Assembly: GCA_965235115.1 (NCBI GenBank)
Contig: OZ249436.1
Location: 33,420,001 to 33,484,000, forward strand
Direction of reading: 5' to 3'
DNA length: 64,000 nt
From: Laetmonice hystrix
Lineage: Eukaryota
A model generated the notes under the pieces. It saw nothing but the letters and a program-made list of their open reading frames with translations, was not told where the DNA came from and ran no database searches. How positions within the stretch are numbered: the stretch's first letter is position 1; every line of letters begins with the position of its first letter. Made by a program: the position numbers and the translations under genes. Positions 48,701-61,500 of this stretch are shown piece by piece.

Positions 48701-50585
48701 GACAGTTTGGAGATTGTCAGTTGGAAAGACAACCAAAGAATTCATGTGACAAAGCAAAGACTACCTGGCAAAGGGGTCAATGGTGCGGAAGTGCGCGAAG
48801 TTAGCGTATGCACAAAGTTAGGGTATTAAAAAGTTAAACACCTGGACTCTAATACTGGTAACAGAATCATGAATGTGGGCCAGTAGATTATTTAGACCAA
48901 TGAAAACTGTAGACTGTAGTCTGGCCATTGTCTTTCTTTCTTGAAAGGAAATACAATACATTGCCATGGTTGGGGGGGGGAGTGGGTCAGGTCAAGGTCA
49001 CATCCAAATATGGGAAGTGAGGTCAGGGTGACGTCAACCAACCGGTGTGTTTGTGTCCAGTCCCTATATCCAGCTTACAGATAGGACTGGTGGCCGAGTC
49101 TAATGCTGCGTTCGGTAGTGCTCATGAATACGACTCGTGTTGTGAGAAGTGGTCGTGAATACGACTCGTGAAAAGCAAGAGCATTCAGGTCATTGTCCCC
49201 ACCAGTCTGAACTCGTATGGTTTCGGACAGTCATGGTGAAGGTCACAAAGTCGTTTCTTACGAGAATCTCCGAGTTCACGAGTGGTGTTGAACTGTTCGC
49301 CACGATTTGGAAGGAATTTACGACTCGGAACTGGTTCGTGAGCTCGTCCGAACGCAGCATAACTCTGCCTCTGCCTGGCTTCACTGCTTCACTGTTCTCC
49401 TGCTAGGGGGTGGGGAGAGACAGTCACCACACAACAATCCGGTGAGGATTTCTACCGGATCTAAAATCCATGTTCGAGACCTTTCCTTCCAAGTTGTACA
49501 ATATTATTAGCAAACACTTGAAAATAGAGTTAGCCCACTATCTGTATGGAACATTTCTGTACTCTTTAAAAAAAAAGAATTCTCGTAAGTCCCGTCAGCC
49601 TCTTCGGACTATTCGTAAACATCCCATGTGGAGCAGTCTGGACTGCATGTGGAGAAGTTGCCGCCCATGCTGCCGCCGCCCTCCTGACCACATCCTCTTA
49701 GTCCCCCGTCCAATTTTCCGACCTCCATATCAAGAGTCATTCTCCTAGCTCCTTGTGACTTAGTTAGGCCAAATAAAAAAAGTTACTTGTTTAGCGTCCC
49801 CTTCCGACCTGTGAAATGCCCCCGACCTGGAAATTTTTAAAATTTTTTATTTAAAAAAAAAAAAAAGTGTAAAAACTGTCAAAACAATGTCTTCCCACCT
49901 AAGAACAGTGTATAATGCGCTCTGCCACGCCGCCACTCCATTCATAGAATAAAAAATAAAAATAAAAACCTCCCCCGATCTGGAAAAAATTGACGAGGCA
50001 GACCCAAAACAAGTAACTTTTTTTATTTGGCCTTAGTCCTTACCGCGAACGAGTCAGCATCTGCAAGCGAAAGCCTCACCAAGTCCAAGTACACCTCTTG
50101 CCTTGGACTTGGTTACAGCAAATACAGCATTTACAGGGTCAGGCCTCAGGGGGCTTCCCCGGCATGTAGTAAATTTAGAAATTATCCGGAATATGGAAAG
50201 ATGACGTCATAGATCAGCGAGCCAATGATAGCGCAGCGTGTGTGGTAACGGTCTCTCTCCAGCCCCCTGGCGGCGGCGGAGTGAGCCGGTAAACAGTCTC
50301 AGTAGAGTAGTCTAGCCTAGGCCAGGGCCGGGCGTAGGGCTAGGCCTGGCTCAGTCAGTGCACAGACTCACACTAGTCACAGTAGCTGGGGCCGCCAATC
50401 GTATGATCGTAGAACTATAACCAACATTTTCCTTGTCATCTAATTTTTACTTTCTCATAACTAGAACTCTGTCTTTCCATAGATGCGGTTGCCTTTGTTT
50501 TAAATATGGCAGGACAGGTTTTTTACACCCGGCCTTTACATAATCAGGCTACTCACCGATCAAAGGTATTCGAGTTGGCCGCCAT
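42749..50585 (-). CDS. TEDC2: Tubulin epsilon and delta complex protein 2 (C16orf59 ortholog), 11 exons, 656 aa
   Basis: Exons (minus strand): 50557-50585, 47722-47820, 46496-46572, 46139-46242, 45097-45989, 44623-44770, 44373-44487, 44056-44157, 43747-43848, 43162-43327, 42749-42884, all in phase. Blocks ELAALELADKALVQAQKMR, PFDLLSEGGSLTVPVKLRRAIASN and LQLLQLQTHL..FLPLL..LYRATYSLLCSNG resemble recalled human TEDC2. Confidence 0.85.
48014..48380. mobile_element. hAT-like MITE (CAGTG termini)
   Basis: CAGTGTTCGAAATTC ... GAATTTCAAACACTG; internal GGCCAGTTCAAA repeats; TSD not recognisable. Confidence 0.55.
48537..48825. repeat. Dispersed repeat, copy 2 (see 33492-33797)
   Basis: Colinear similarity to the 33.5-kb copy. 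Confidence 0.85.
49767..50032. mobile_element. MITE with GGCC termini and TTA TSD (Zator-like)
   Basis: TTA|GGCCAAATAAAAAAAGTTACTTGTTT ... AAACAAGTAACTTTTTTTATTTGGCC|TTA. Confidence 0.8.
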
Positions 50586-50661
50586 GACACCATTTTTAAA
50601 ACGAGGCTTGTTTCATCCGGGTAGTTTCCTTCGAGGCACGTTGACGCCATATTGTTGAACG
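50586..50661. promoter_or_regulatory. Very compact bidirectional promoter TEDC2/SAFB-like
   Basis: 76 bp between divergent ATGs; YY1-like CGCCATATT at 50645-50653; both ATGs sit in ATGGCGG contexts. Confidence 0.7.
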
Positions 50662-53600
50662 ATGGCGGAATGCACAACTCCTACCGGCAAGAAACTGGTT
50701 GATTTGCGCGTGGTGGACCTGAAAAATGAGTTAGAAAGAAGAAATCTAGAAAAAACCGGGGTCAAGGCATCACTTATAGATCGACTTCGAAAGGTACGTT
50801 ATCGACAAAATACAATATCTGCCCTCCATTCTTGGATGAATTCTTACGAAGTCGGGTGGTCGCCCAGTCAGTGCGGTGCCGCTCCCCCAGTGCCACACTC
50901 ACACTGCCAGTGCTGCGGCCTGTGCCCTTCTGTTCTGCTCCAACAATAGCCTGAATAGGGTGTTTCGGCCATTTTGAGAACCGCCCATTTTCTTCATTTT
51001 TTGATGCTACTGGATTCAGCTTTTAAATCTATGGAAGTCTCGGAAGCGCTGATTTAGTTGCGATATTATTTATGTGGCCAATTTAGCAGGTAAACTTTCT
51101 AAAAAAGGCCCTGAAGCAGTGAAGGCTGAACCCTTATCATGCGATTTATGCGAGCCTGTTGCAAGACGGGAAATATTAAACATGTTTGATATTATCACCC
51201 AACAAACGCAGGTGCGAAGCCATGCAGGGGGGTCTGGGGGGCATGCTGCCCCAGAAAAAATTGAAATTATCTTATGTTAAAAATGGTCCATTTTGGGGGG
51301 TTATAATAACTTATATTTGGATAAATTTGCCATTTGCCCCAAATTCCGTGAGATATTTGGATAAATTTGCCATTTGCCCAAAATTCCGTGAGATGTTAAA
51401 ATCTCGGTGTCGTAAACCGAGGCCAAAATAAAGACATCTCTGAACCTGTTTGAGCTGTCGTAATGACTCCAAAATTCAATCCATTTACAGGCCTTGCGTT
51501 TTGAGGTGCGCGATCGCTATCGCGCACCTAAATTCTCTTTTTGGCGCGTGTATTTTTACGCTCCATGGCTTAGGAAAACGAACCACAACTGTACACAAGG
51601 GGAGGTGGGCTAATTACGCCAGTGACAGCAAAGTTGGGCCCCAACCGTCAACCCTATGAAACATGCTGAGACGTGTATCACTCAGCTAGATGCTTCACCA
51701 GCCTGGTCATAAGCTAGTGTGAAAACTCACTGTCGCCAGGGTCACCATCACCTTCCATTGTTAATCGGGCTGTTACTTTTCCTGAGTATTGAAAACAATA
51801 GGGCACACCTTTTTTTTGGGAATCCATCATATATTCACACGTAAAACAATAGGGGCACACCATGCAGCTTTTGGTATATACAGTGCTGCAAACGGACAGT
51901 CACCCACTCGCCCGAGGCGACCAAGTCTTGGAGTGGTCGACAAAAACGTCTGTCACACTCGCCCACTTTGGCGACCAAGGACCCGGCTGGGAGTGTGTGG
52001 GGGGAGAGCACAGGTGGTGCTGGCCCACTTTCAAAGATGGGTTTCAGTTGGAGGAGGGGAGAGGGGAGAGGGAGGCAAGGGAGGTCTTACGGAGGCTAGA
52101 GATCAATTACATTGAAAAGGAGCAAGGATTTAAAGGGAGTCGTAAAATTCATTTTTTTCGATTTACGGCTGTCTTAGAAACATATGATTCGCATACCTTG
52201 GACTCCCAGTAACATCATGTGAGACTGTTATGGCCCAGCGACCAGTATTTAGTAAGGAAAATATGCCAAATCTCTCGCAAATACGTAGCTCAGAATTAGC
52301 GAGCGGCCCACAGGATATTTGAGTTGGCCGCGGTCGGGCGATGATCAAGCGTGATCACGTGACTTCCGGGTGTGGAAGGGAATCTCCCTCTAGTCTAGCG
52401 TTGACCTAAATACCGCATGTACACCCGGAAGTCACGTGATCACGCGTCATCATCGCCCGACCGCGGCCAACTCAAATATCCTGTGGGCCGCTCGCTAATT
52501 CTGAGCTACGTATTTACGAGAGATTTGGCATATTTTCCTTACTAAATACTGGTCGCTGGGCCATAACAGTCTCACATGATGTTACTAGGAGTCCAAGGTA
52601 TGCGAATCATATGTTTCTAAGACTGCCATAAATCGAAAAAAATGAATTTTACGACTCCCTTTAAGAGCCATTTATAAATTTAAAAAAAAAAGGTCTCTTA
52701 TACGTTGTTAGGTTGGACCACCAAAATTTGAGGTGGACCACTAAGTATCTTGACTTACTGGTCCAGTCTGACCACCAAGTTGGTGGAACCTGTTTGCAGC
52801 ACTGTATATTATAGCAGGCCAGTTCCCACTGGGGACCTAGAGACCCAGGGATAATATACTACACTAACTTCTTGACCATCCTCAGAAACATGTGTCCATC
52901 TATAAGCTGCACCCCCAATCTATGATTAGTTTGAGGAGGAAAAAAGTGCAGCTTGTACACGGAAGATTACGGTTCAAGAAAGGAATTCATACTGCTGGAT
53001 TCAGTACTTTTATATTGTTTAAATTATCTTATGGTATCAGTTTCTGAAATATAATTCATCAGTCAATTATAAACATGGAACATTTAATTGATGTAACAAA
53101 GTGTCATTTTAGACAGGAGAGCAAATCACTCTACTGGGCATTTTTAGGAGGACTGTTAATAGTTCTCCACCATTTTTCAAACTGCAAGGCCTGCATTTAT
53201 CTGGCATGTAAATACTGATGTATTTGGCTTCATATTGCCTCTTTTTAAGAATTAAATGGGTAAAAATCCCTAAAATTTTAGTAAAAAGCACCAAATACTG
53301 TGTTGGATGGCTCTTTTCGACCAAGCATCTCACTGACAGTTGACATACTGTTGAGCATAGATACCACTTTCTAACGTGAGAGGGCATCACAATCGTCAGC
53401 GGCAAAGGCACCTCCACAACACAAAACGATCCAAAAACACCTGTACCGGGGTATTTCAAACGCGATTATACATCAGGGCTTGAAAAACCACGTGCCCATG
53501 GGCACCTAAATTTTTATCAGGGCACCTAAGGATTTTGTCACAAAAGAAAGTGCCCGGTTCAAGGTCACGTTCAAGTAACCCAGTCCAGTGCACAACATCA

Positions 53601-56142
53601 TTACAATCATGCATGTACTCATGTCGACAGTATTACAATATGAAGTTATAATTGGGTGACTTGGTCCTAATATGCAGTGTTCTTTACCCTTATTTTTCTA
53701 CATTTCAATAAAATATAAACCTTAGAAATTGATACTTTAACAAAACGCCATTAAATACAAATATGGCTGAGTTGCCGGGCACCAAGAATTCTAATATGGG
53801 GGGAAACTAGGTGCCCAACAGGGCACCAAGCCTTCAGAAAAATTTTCGACCACTTTGCGTCTGGCGTATAATCAGTAAACGTAAACAACCGATTTGCGTA
53901 ACCTTTCAGTTACAAGTGTAAACAACTTTCACATATAACAAAACTATGGGTTATAAATGTAAGCCAATATATACACGAGAACAGTTTTTACTTAAGATCA
54001 GGCCTGATGTACATACATATGCGACCTGCCAACCATTAGGGCCTGTTAATATCCATCACTCATCTAGTTAATTCCCAGTAATTCCCAAGAGGGAACCCTA
54101 CAATTTATGAAAACTCATAGAACTCTGGAAGGTAGCTTGTTATGGCAAATGCTTGGATTGAAATTTCAGCCTCCTCAGGGTCCGCCAAATCCCCCAGAAA
54201 TGTGGTTGCCCAGTGGGCAACCACAAATTCAAAAGTGGTTGCCCGACAAATAGAACTGGTTGCCCAGGATTTTTTGGTTAAAATATAAAGAAAAGCTTTG
54301 ATTCACAAAAAAAATAATTTTATTTGCCTCAAAAACTTGAAAAGCTTTTTCACAACCCTACCTTATGGCCATCAAGATGGCGATAGCTTGGGTTATCTGT
54401 CAGCCAGTGATCTATTGCAGTGTCTGGGTCAAAATCCTCAAACTTTGGCCCATCAACTGCAAACGTTATTTGGTCCACTGACTCTGAACTGTCAGCACCA
54501 ACATCGCTCAGTCACTCTAATGCTCAGATGCTGGCTGCCGGCTGCCGGCAACACATGTGCTTCAGCCCAACCCCAGGGCCAGGCACACATGATGTCATGT
54601 GACATGTACTGATGTAGTCGCCCGACGGGCGACCAATCAATTTAATCCAGTTGCCCGGACCGAAATTCTGGTTGTCCCGGGCGCTCGGTCCCTCGATTTG
54701 GCGGACCCTGCTCCTGGGAGAATTAGGTTCAGGTTGTCTTGGGTGTAATGTTTTGAAACTCTGCACCACTGGCGTTCTCCATTTTGTTCAGACTTGCATT
54801 TTGCTCACATTGCAAATTCCGAACATTTTCTGCATCTGTTGTATTTGAACGACCTAAAGTTAAAAATAAATCAGACATGTTTGTTTTAGGCAAGAAAAAC
54901 AGGTTTGTTTATTGTCCCCCTGCGCATCACCTGAAAATCTTCTGCATGAAGTCTTTTTTTTTTTACTTCATATTTGTGGTGGGCAGTGTAGTGTTGCGTC
55001 AGAATGTTGCAACATTTGGTTCTTTGCCATGTGGTGCCAGCTATGAGTTTTTCATGCTGTTTATCACAAATATTTTTTTGTTTTGTTTAAATAGAGAGCA
55101 ATATTTCTGCATACATGTACCCAACAGCAATCACATTCGAAGAATCAGCCATTGTCTGGTTGTAAAGAAAAAAACAAAACGTATCTTCACACCAACTTTT
55201 TTTATCTCAAAGGACAAGAAACAAAACTTTCTTGGTTTTAGCCTTATCTTGAGACTTGTCGTATATTTGGCTTATGTGATTATTAGTGCATGTCAGTGCA
55301 CTCAAGCTTCACAAGGTTTGTCAAGGGCAAATACTATCCGTGCCACTGATAGGCTGCTTAAGAAAGCAACTGTTTGTCAAGCGACAAACTGTGTGTTGAC
55401 ATTGAGGGTGAGGGGGTGCCTATGACTATGGCCAGTATGTAAGTAGCCTCCTCAGATATTAAAAGTAAATGTTGCACATGTAAATGATAATGTAAGTTAA
55501 ATGAAAGGCTCCTCAGCTAGGATAATCTCATTCGTGGATGACCTGCTCAAAATGGTCAATTATGAGCAAAGTAGAGTAGTCTGAATTGTTGGCTGCATTA
55601 TTTTGAATGTGTTTGACATGTTGGGAGTATGGTGTGAGTGCACCAAGAGTGGATTTTGCAGTCACACAGTTTCACAGATCTATATAGACACCCGAGGCAC
55701 TTTTGGAATCACCCATACTTGTTATACGACAGTCAACTTTACGTGTATAAGAGTCAAGTTAAGTTCAGTTTGCATTGGAGAACCACTGTCAGCAGAGTGC
55801 TAGTTGAACAACCACTTGCGTTATTGTACATGAACCAAAGAGGAAGAGTAAAACCATTGTGAGCACAGCAACCAAATAGGTATCGTCACAAACATTTTAG
55901 GAAACCCAACAACAAACCTATTCATGACAAATTGTATTTTCATGTTATGCAGAGGGTGGTTGTATAACTTTAAGATTGGCACCTGTATACTTCCTAAATT
56001 CCTGATAAACCCTCTTATGTTTAAATTATAAGTGATCTTTTTTTGATTTTTCAGGCATTGGAGGAAGAAGGAGAAGATGCAGATGAGGTGCTCTTTGATG
56101 TGACAGAAAAAAAAGGCAGCACAATAAGCAGGAAGGTGCATG
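50662..56142 (+). CDS. SAFB: SAP-domain scaffold attachment factor B / SLTM-family protein, first two exons (gene continues past the window)
   Basis: Exon 50662-50793 gives MAECTTPTGKKLVDLRVVDLKNELERRNLEKTGVKASLIDRLRK (SAP domain); exon 56055-56142 gives ALEEEGEDADEVLFDV...; GT-AG. SAFB and SLTM cannot be separated from this fragment. Confidence 0.8.
52134..52660. mobile_element. Foldback MITE with ~240-bp TIRs and TTAA TSD (Kolobok-like)
   Basis: TTAA|AGGGAGTCGTAAAATTC...GAATTTTACGACTCCCT|TTAA; arms 52134-52373 and 52421-52660 are near-perfect inverted copies with a 47-bp spacer. Confidence 0.88.
53474..53855. mobile_element. Degenerate CAGGG-terminated MITE
   Basis: Left end CAGGGCTTGAAAAA; GGGCACC/GTGCCC subterminal repeats at both ends; right end decayed. 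Confidence 0.45.
54176..54710. mobile_element. Non-autonomous DNA transposon, CAGGG termini, 5-bp TSD (hAT5-like)
   Basis: CTCCT|CAGGGTCCGCCAAATC ... GATTTGGCGGACCCTG|CTCCT; GGTTGCCC subterminal repeats. Confidence 0.85.
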
Positions 56143-56637
56143 GTAAGGAAAAAAATACCAGATTCTCAAGAAGAAAACATTCTCTTAATTTTGTATCCAC
56201 TATGCTGCTATGTCTCTTCTTTTGACAAGGAATCCATGTGAGAAACCTTAACTATTCTTAAACGGAGTGTCTCCTGCCAAAGTATTTTTGGGTGGAAGAC
56301 GACCAAAACGCTATTGTCAAGAAGCTTCGTTACATACGAGCTAGATTCTTTGGCGCCAAGACGTCTGAGTAGGCCTAGGACTTACGATCTAGACTAGCCC
56401 TGCTGCAAGATGAAGTTCGGTGACACGTTCGAGACATACGACAGATTTTCCGTGGCATTTGAACTGTACAAGCACTGTCAAGCAGGATCAGAATGCTGTT
56501 TATGTATAATGAAGAGACCTTCTGGCTGACATGTGTAGTCCTGACCTCATGTGAGAGCAAGGAAATGTTTTGTTACTGTGTTAGTACCAAGGTAGGCCTA
56601 CCTACTATGGCAGCACTGAGCATGGTTTCTGATTAGA

Positions 56638-57043
56638 TATTGCCAAAGTAATGTGGCAGCAAGGGACCGTAGGGGGTTAGGCTGCATTGTTATCGCCAAA
56701 GTACTGTGGCAGCAAGTGGTAGGGCCATAGGGGGCAAGACTGCATTGTTATCGCCAAAGTACTGTGGCAGCAAGCGGTAAGGGGCTAGACTGCATTGTTA
56801 TTGCCAAAGTACTGTGGCAGCTAGGGCTAGGGGGTTAGGCTGCATTGTTATTGCCAAAGTAATGTGGCAGCAAGCAGTAGGGGTTAGGCTGCATTGTTAT
56901 TGCCAAAGTAATGTGGCAGCAAAGGCAAGGGGGTAAGGCTGCATTGTTATTGCCAAAGTACTGTGGCAGCAAAGGGTAGGGGGGTCAGACTGCATTGTTA
57001 TTGCCAAATTACTGTGGCAGCAAGCAGTAGGGGTTAGGCTGCT
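56638..57043. repeat. ~50-bp minisatellite (8 copies; resumes at ~62236-62295)
   Basis: Unit GCTGCATTGTTATTGCCAAAGTA(C/A)TGTGGCAGCAAG..GGGGTTAG; interrupted by the nested elements at 57.0-62.2 kb. Confidence 0.9.
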
Positions 57044-57458
57044 GTTCGGCGGGAATGAAAAACTGATTTTTCCAATTTTATTTTGTTCTACTTTTGCATT
57101 TTCCCATGTCGGCGGGCCTGTAAACCAAACAATAAACTAGACATCATGATTGCAAGCAATACACTAATCCCATTTCCTCCGGACGTCATGAGGAAAACGC
57201 CAGGTGCCATTCGTATGCTATCAAGTAACTAAAGTGGCCCATAGCCTTACCACTCTGCCATCTTGGTTTTACTGTCAGTCCTGGAACCTTTGTCCCAAAT
57301 CTCAGAAAGGGTAATTGACAGAGGTCAAGTTATGGGAAAATTATCTCTGAAAACCATGTATGTCAAAATATTTCATAACTATGATTTTGACAAGGCCTCA
57401 TATCCTGCCTGGTGGTGTTTTGGTATTCAGAGTCTGAAAAATGAGAAAAAAAATTCCC

Positions 57459-57530
57459 GTATTTGGTGGGATTCGAACCCATGATCTCCAGCCTTTAGGT
57501 TGGGCATGCTACCAACTCAGCTATAGAGAC
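57459..57530 (-). pseudogene. tRNA-derived (SINE-head-like) Pol III cassette, copy 1
   Basis: Minus strand reads GTCTCTATAGCTGAGTTGGTAGC (A box)...GGGTTCGAATCCC (B box); 72 nt followed by a T-run; acceptor stem does not pair. Confidence 0.65.
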
Positions 57531-57829
57531 TCACGCTTGTAGAGGTACCTAGGTCCTATTTGAAATAGGTGGATGACGTCATGACACAAAAGAGTGACGT
57601 CACAGAAAAAAGTTTGCATAAATCTAGCTCAGCATCCCATCCTCTTTAAGCCTATTAAGTTTCGTTAAGATCTGTTAAAAACTGCCAGAGATATGACCGA
57701 TTTCTGGTAAACTTTATCTTTGAGAACCATGTATGTCAAAACATTTCATAACTATGACTGTGACAAGGCCTCATATCCTGCCTGGTGGTGTTTTGGTTTA
57801 CAGAGTGTGAAAAATGAGAAAAAGTTTTT

Positions 57830-57901
57830 GTACTTGGTGGGATTCGAACCGATGATCTCCAGCCTTTAGGTCGGGCATGCTACCCACTCAGCTATTGAGA
57901 C
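57830..57901 (-). pseudogene. tRNA-derived Pol III cassette, copy 2
   Basis: Minus strand TAGCTGAGTGGGTAGC...GGTTCGAATCCC followed by a T-run. Confidence 0.65.
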
Positions 57902-58560
57902 TCACGAGTATAGAGGTACCTGGGTCCTATTTGAAATAGGTGGATGACTTCATGACACAAAAGAGTGACGTCACAGAAAAAAGTTTGCATAAATCTAGCT
58001 CAGCATCCCATCCTCTTTAAGCCTACCAAGTTTCATTAAGATCTGTTAAAAACTGCCAGAGATATGACCGATTTCTGGTAAACTGACCAAAGAATCAAAC
58101 TTTGATGTCACGTGATTCAGTGAAAAAAGGTCCGATCGCTAAACAACGGCCCCACAATTTTAAGCTATCCATTAGGAACATCCAGAAGTGGTTTGGTCAA
58201 GATTTTCAAAAAAATGAGAGAGTAGTAAGGATTTAACCATATTGTGACCTTTGACCCGAATCTCAGAAAGGGTAATGATCCAAGGTCAAGTTATGGAACA
58301 AGTATCTTAGAGAACCATCCACGAAGAGGATCTATAACCAATATTTCCCCAAGTAACAGTAGTTTTGTGTTGGGAGTTGATAAATTGATGCTCCATGTGA
58401 CGTGTTTGAGACGTCATAAAACCAAGACATGACGTCGCACGAAGTCCTGCTTCATATGCACAGATCTTCATCCCATGATGAACCCTCCCTGCAAGTTTCA
58501 ACCTGCTATCTTAAAAAGTGACCGAGATATACACTTTGTCTTACAACAGGAATAATAATA

Positions 58561-61500
58561 ACTAGATTCGTTGTGGCGATACCACAATGGATCCCATCCC
58601 CGGGGTGTCCCGTCCAACATGTTCTGAGTAGGGATAACTAGGTATGGTGCTATCTTGCACCCGTGATGATAAGCCTTAGAAGATGCAAATTTCGTCATTA
58701 TGATCTATGACTATTACTATTCATGTTCAATAGTAACTATGGGGCTATCTAGCACCGTTTGGTAGTTACAGGCCTCTGAAAATCCTTAGAAGATGGCAAT
58801 GACGTAATTACGACGTCATACGTCACGCTACCTAATAAATGTTGGTGTCAATTCAAAGAGCATATAACTTCCTATTCATGTTCAATAGTAACCATGGCTT
58901 TATCTGCCACCGTTTAGGAGTTATATTCCTTAGAAAATATTGATGATGTCATTATGACGTCATATGTGATGCTACATCATTAATCTTGGTGTCAATTGAA
59001 AGAGCATATATGACTTCCTATTCGCCTTCAGTAGTAAATATGGTCATATCTTGCACCGTTCTCGAGTTATAGGCCATAGAACATACCAAAGACATCATTA
59101 TAACGTCATACGTCACGGTACCTAATAAATGTTAGTGGCAATGGAAAGAGCATGTATGACTTCCTATTCAAGTTCAATAGTAACCATGGCTTTATCGCCC
59201 ACCGTTTAGGAGTCATAAGCCTTAGAATATATTGATGACGTCATTATACGTCATGCTACGTCATGATTCGTGATGTCATTTAAAAGAGGATCTATGACTT
59301 TCTATTCATGTTCAGTAGTAACCATGGCTTTATCCCCCTCCATTTCCGAGTTAGAGGCCTTAGAACATATTGATGACATCATTATGACGTCATACTTCAC
59401 GCTACGTCATCAAACTTGCCACAATGGAAAGAACATATATGACTTCCTATTCGTGTTCAATAGTAACTATGGGCCTATATGGCGCCATGGCTTTATCTCC
59501 CACCGTTTAGGAGACATAAACCTTAGAAAATATTGATGACGTCATTATGACATACGTCACGCTACGTCAGGAATCTTGATGTCATTTAAAAGAGGATCTA
59601 TGACTTCCTAGTCATGTTCAGTAGTAACCATGGCTTTATCTCCCACTACTTACAAGTTATAGGCCTTAGAAAATATTGATGACGTCATTATGACGTCATT
59701 ATGACGTCATACGTCACGCTACGTCATCAAACTTGGTCTCAATTGAAAGAGCACATACGACTTCCTATTCGTGTTCAATAGTAACTATGGTCCTATGCTG
59801 CAACGTTTTCGAGTTATAGGCCATAGAAGATACCAATGACGTCATTATAACGTCATACGTCACGCTACCTAATAAATGTTGGTGTCAATTGAAAGAGCAT
59901 GTATGACTTCCTATTCATGTTCGATAGTAACCAAGGCTTTATCTCCCACCATTGAGGAGTTATAGGCCTTAGAAAATATTGATGACGTCATTATCACGTC
60001 ATACCTCACGCTACGTCATCAAACTTGGTGTCAATTGAAAGAGCATGCACGACTTCCTATTCGTGTTCAATAGTAACCATGGCTTTATCTCCCACCGTTA
60101 AGGAGTTCTAGGCCTTAGGAAATATTGATGACGTCATTATGACGTCATACGTCACGCTATCTAATAAATGTTGGTGTCAATTGAAAGAACATATATGACT
60201 TCCTATTCGTGTTCAATAGTAACCATGGCTTTATCTCCCACCGTTGAAGAGTTCTAGGCCTTAGAAAATATTGATGACCTCATTATGACATTATACGTCA
60301 CGCTACGTCATCAAACTTGGTGTCAGTTGAAAGAGCATGCACGACTTCCTATTCGTGTTCAATAGTAACCATGGTTTTATCTCCCACCGTTGAAGAGTTC
60401 TAGGCCTTAGAAAATATTGATGACCTCATTATGACGTTATACGTCACGCAACGTCATCAAACTTGGTGTCAGTTGAAAGAGCATGCACGACTTCATATTC
60501 GTGTTCAATAGTAACCATGGCTTTATCCCACCGTTGAAGAGTTCTAGGCCTTAGAAAATATTGATGACCTCATTATGACGTTATACGTCACGCTACGTCA
60601 TCAAACTTGGTGTCAGTTGAAAGAGCATGCACGACTTCCTATTCGTGTTCAATAGTAACCATGGCTTTATCTCCCACCGTTGAGGAGTTCTAGGCCTTAG
60701 AAAATATTGATGACGTCATTATGACGTCATACGTCACGCTGCGTCATCAAACGTGGTGTCAATTGAAAGAGCATGTATGACTTCCTATTCGTATTTAATA
60801 GTAACTATGGGCCTATATGGCACCGTTTATGAGTTATAGGCCATAGAAGATACCAATGACGTCATTATGACGTCATACGTCACGCTACCTAATAAATGTT
60901 GGTGTCAATTGAAAGAGCATGTATGACTTCCTATTGAAGTTCAATAGTAACCATGGCTTTATCTCCAACCGTTTAGGAGTCATAAACCTTAGAAAATATT
61001 GATGTAACTCTTTATGACCTACGTCATGCTACGTCATGAATCTTGATGTCATTTAAAAGAGGATCTATGACTTCCTATTCATGTTCAAAAGTAACCATGG
61101 CTTTATCTCCCACCATTTACAAGCTATAGGCCTTAGAAAATATTGATGACGTCCTTATGACGTCATACGTCACGCTACGTCATCAAACTTGGTCTCAATT
61201 GAAAGAGCACATATGACTTCCTATTCGTGTTCAATAGTAACTATGGTCCTATACTGCACCGTTTTCGAGTTATAGGCCATAGAAGATACCAATGACGTCA
61301 TTATGACGTCATACGTCACGATACGTCATCAAACTTGACGTCAATTGAAAGAGCATACATGACTTCCTATTCGTGTTCAATAGTAATCATGGCTTTATCT
61401 CCCAACATTGAGGAGTTCTAGGCCTTAGAAAATATAGATGACGTCATTATGACGTCATACTTCATGCTACGTCATCAAACTTGGCGTCAATTGAAAGAGC

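Larger units (their letters stand above)
57340..58083. repeat. ~373-bp tandem duplication within the outer HINE
   Basis: CCATGTATGTCAAA at 57354 and 57727; each copy carries a tRNA-like cassette. Confidence 0.9.

Noticed and set aside
56638..57043. CRISPR-like appearance of palindromic repeats with variable linkers (also 63560-63845)
   Set aside because: Eukaryotic intron, no cas genes; linkers are related G-rich variants or irregular in length.
57459..57530. Functional tRNA gene
   Set aside because: Acceptor and anticodon stems do not pair properly; reported as a tRNA-derived cassette instead.
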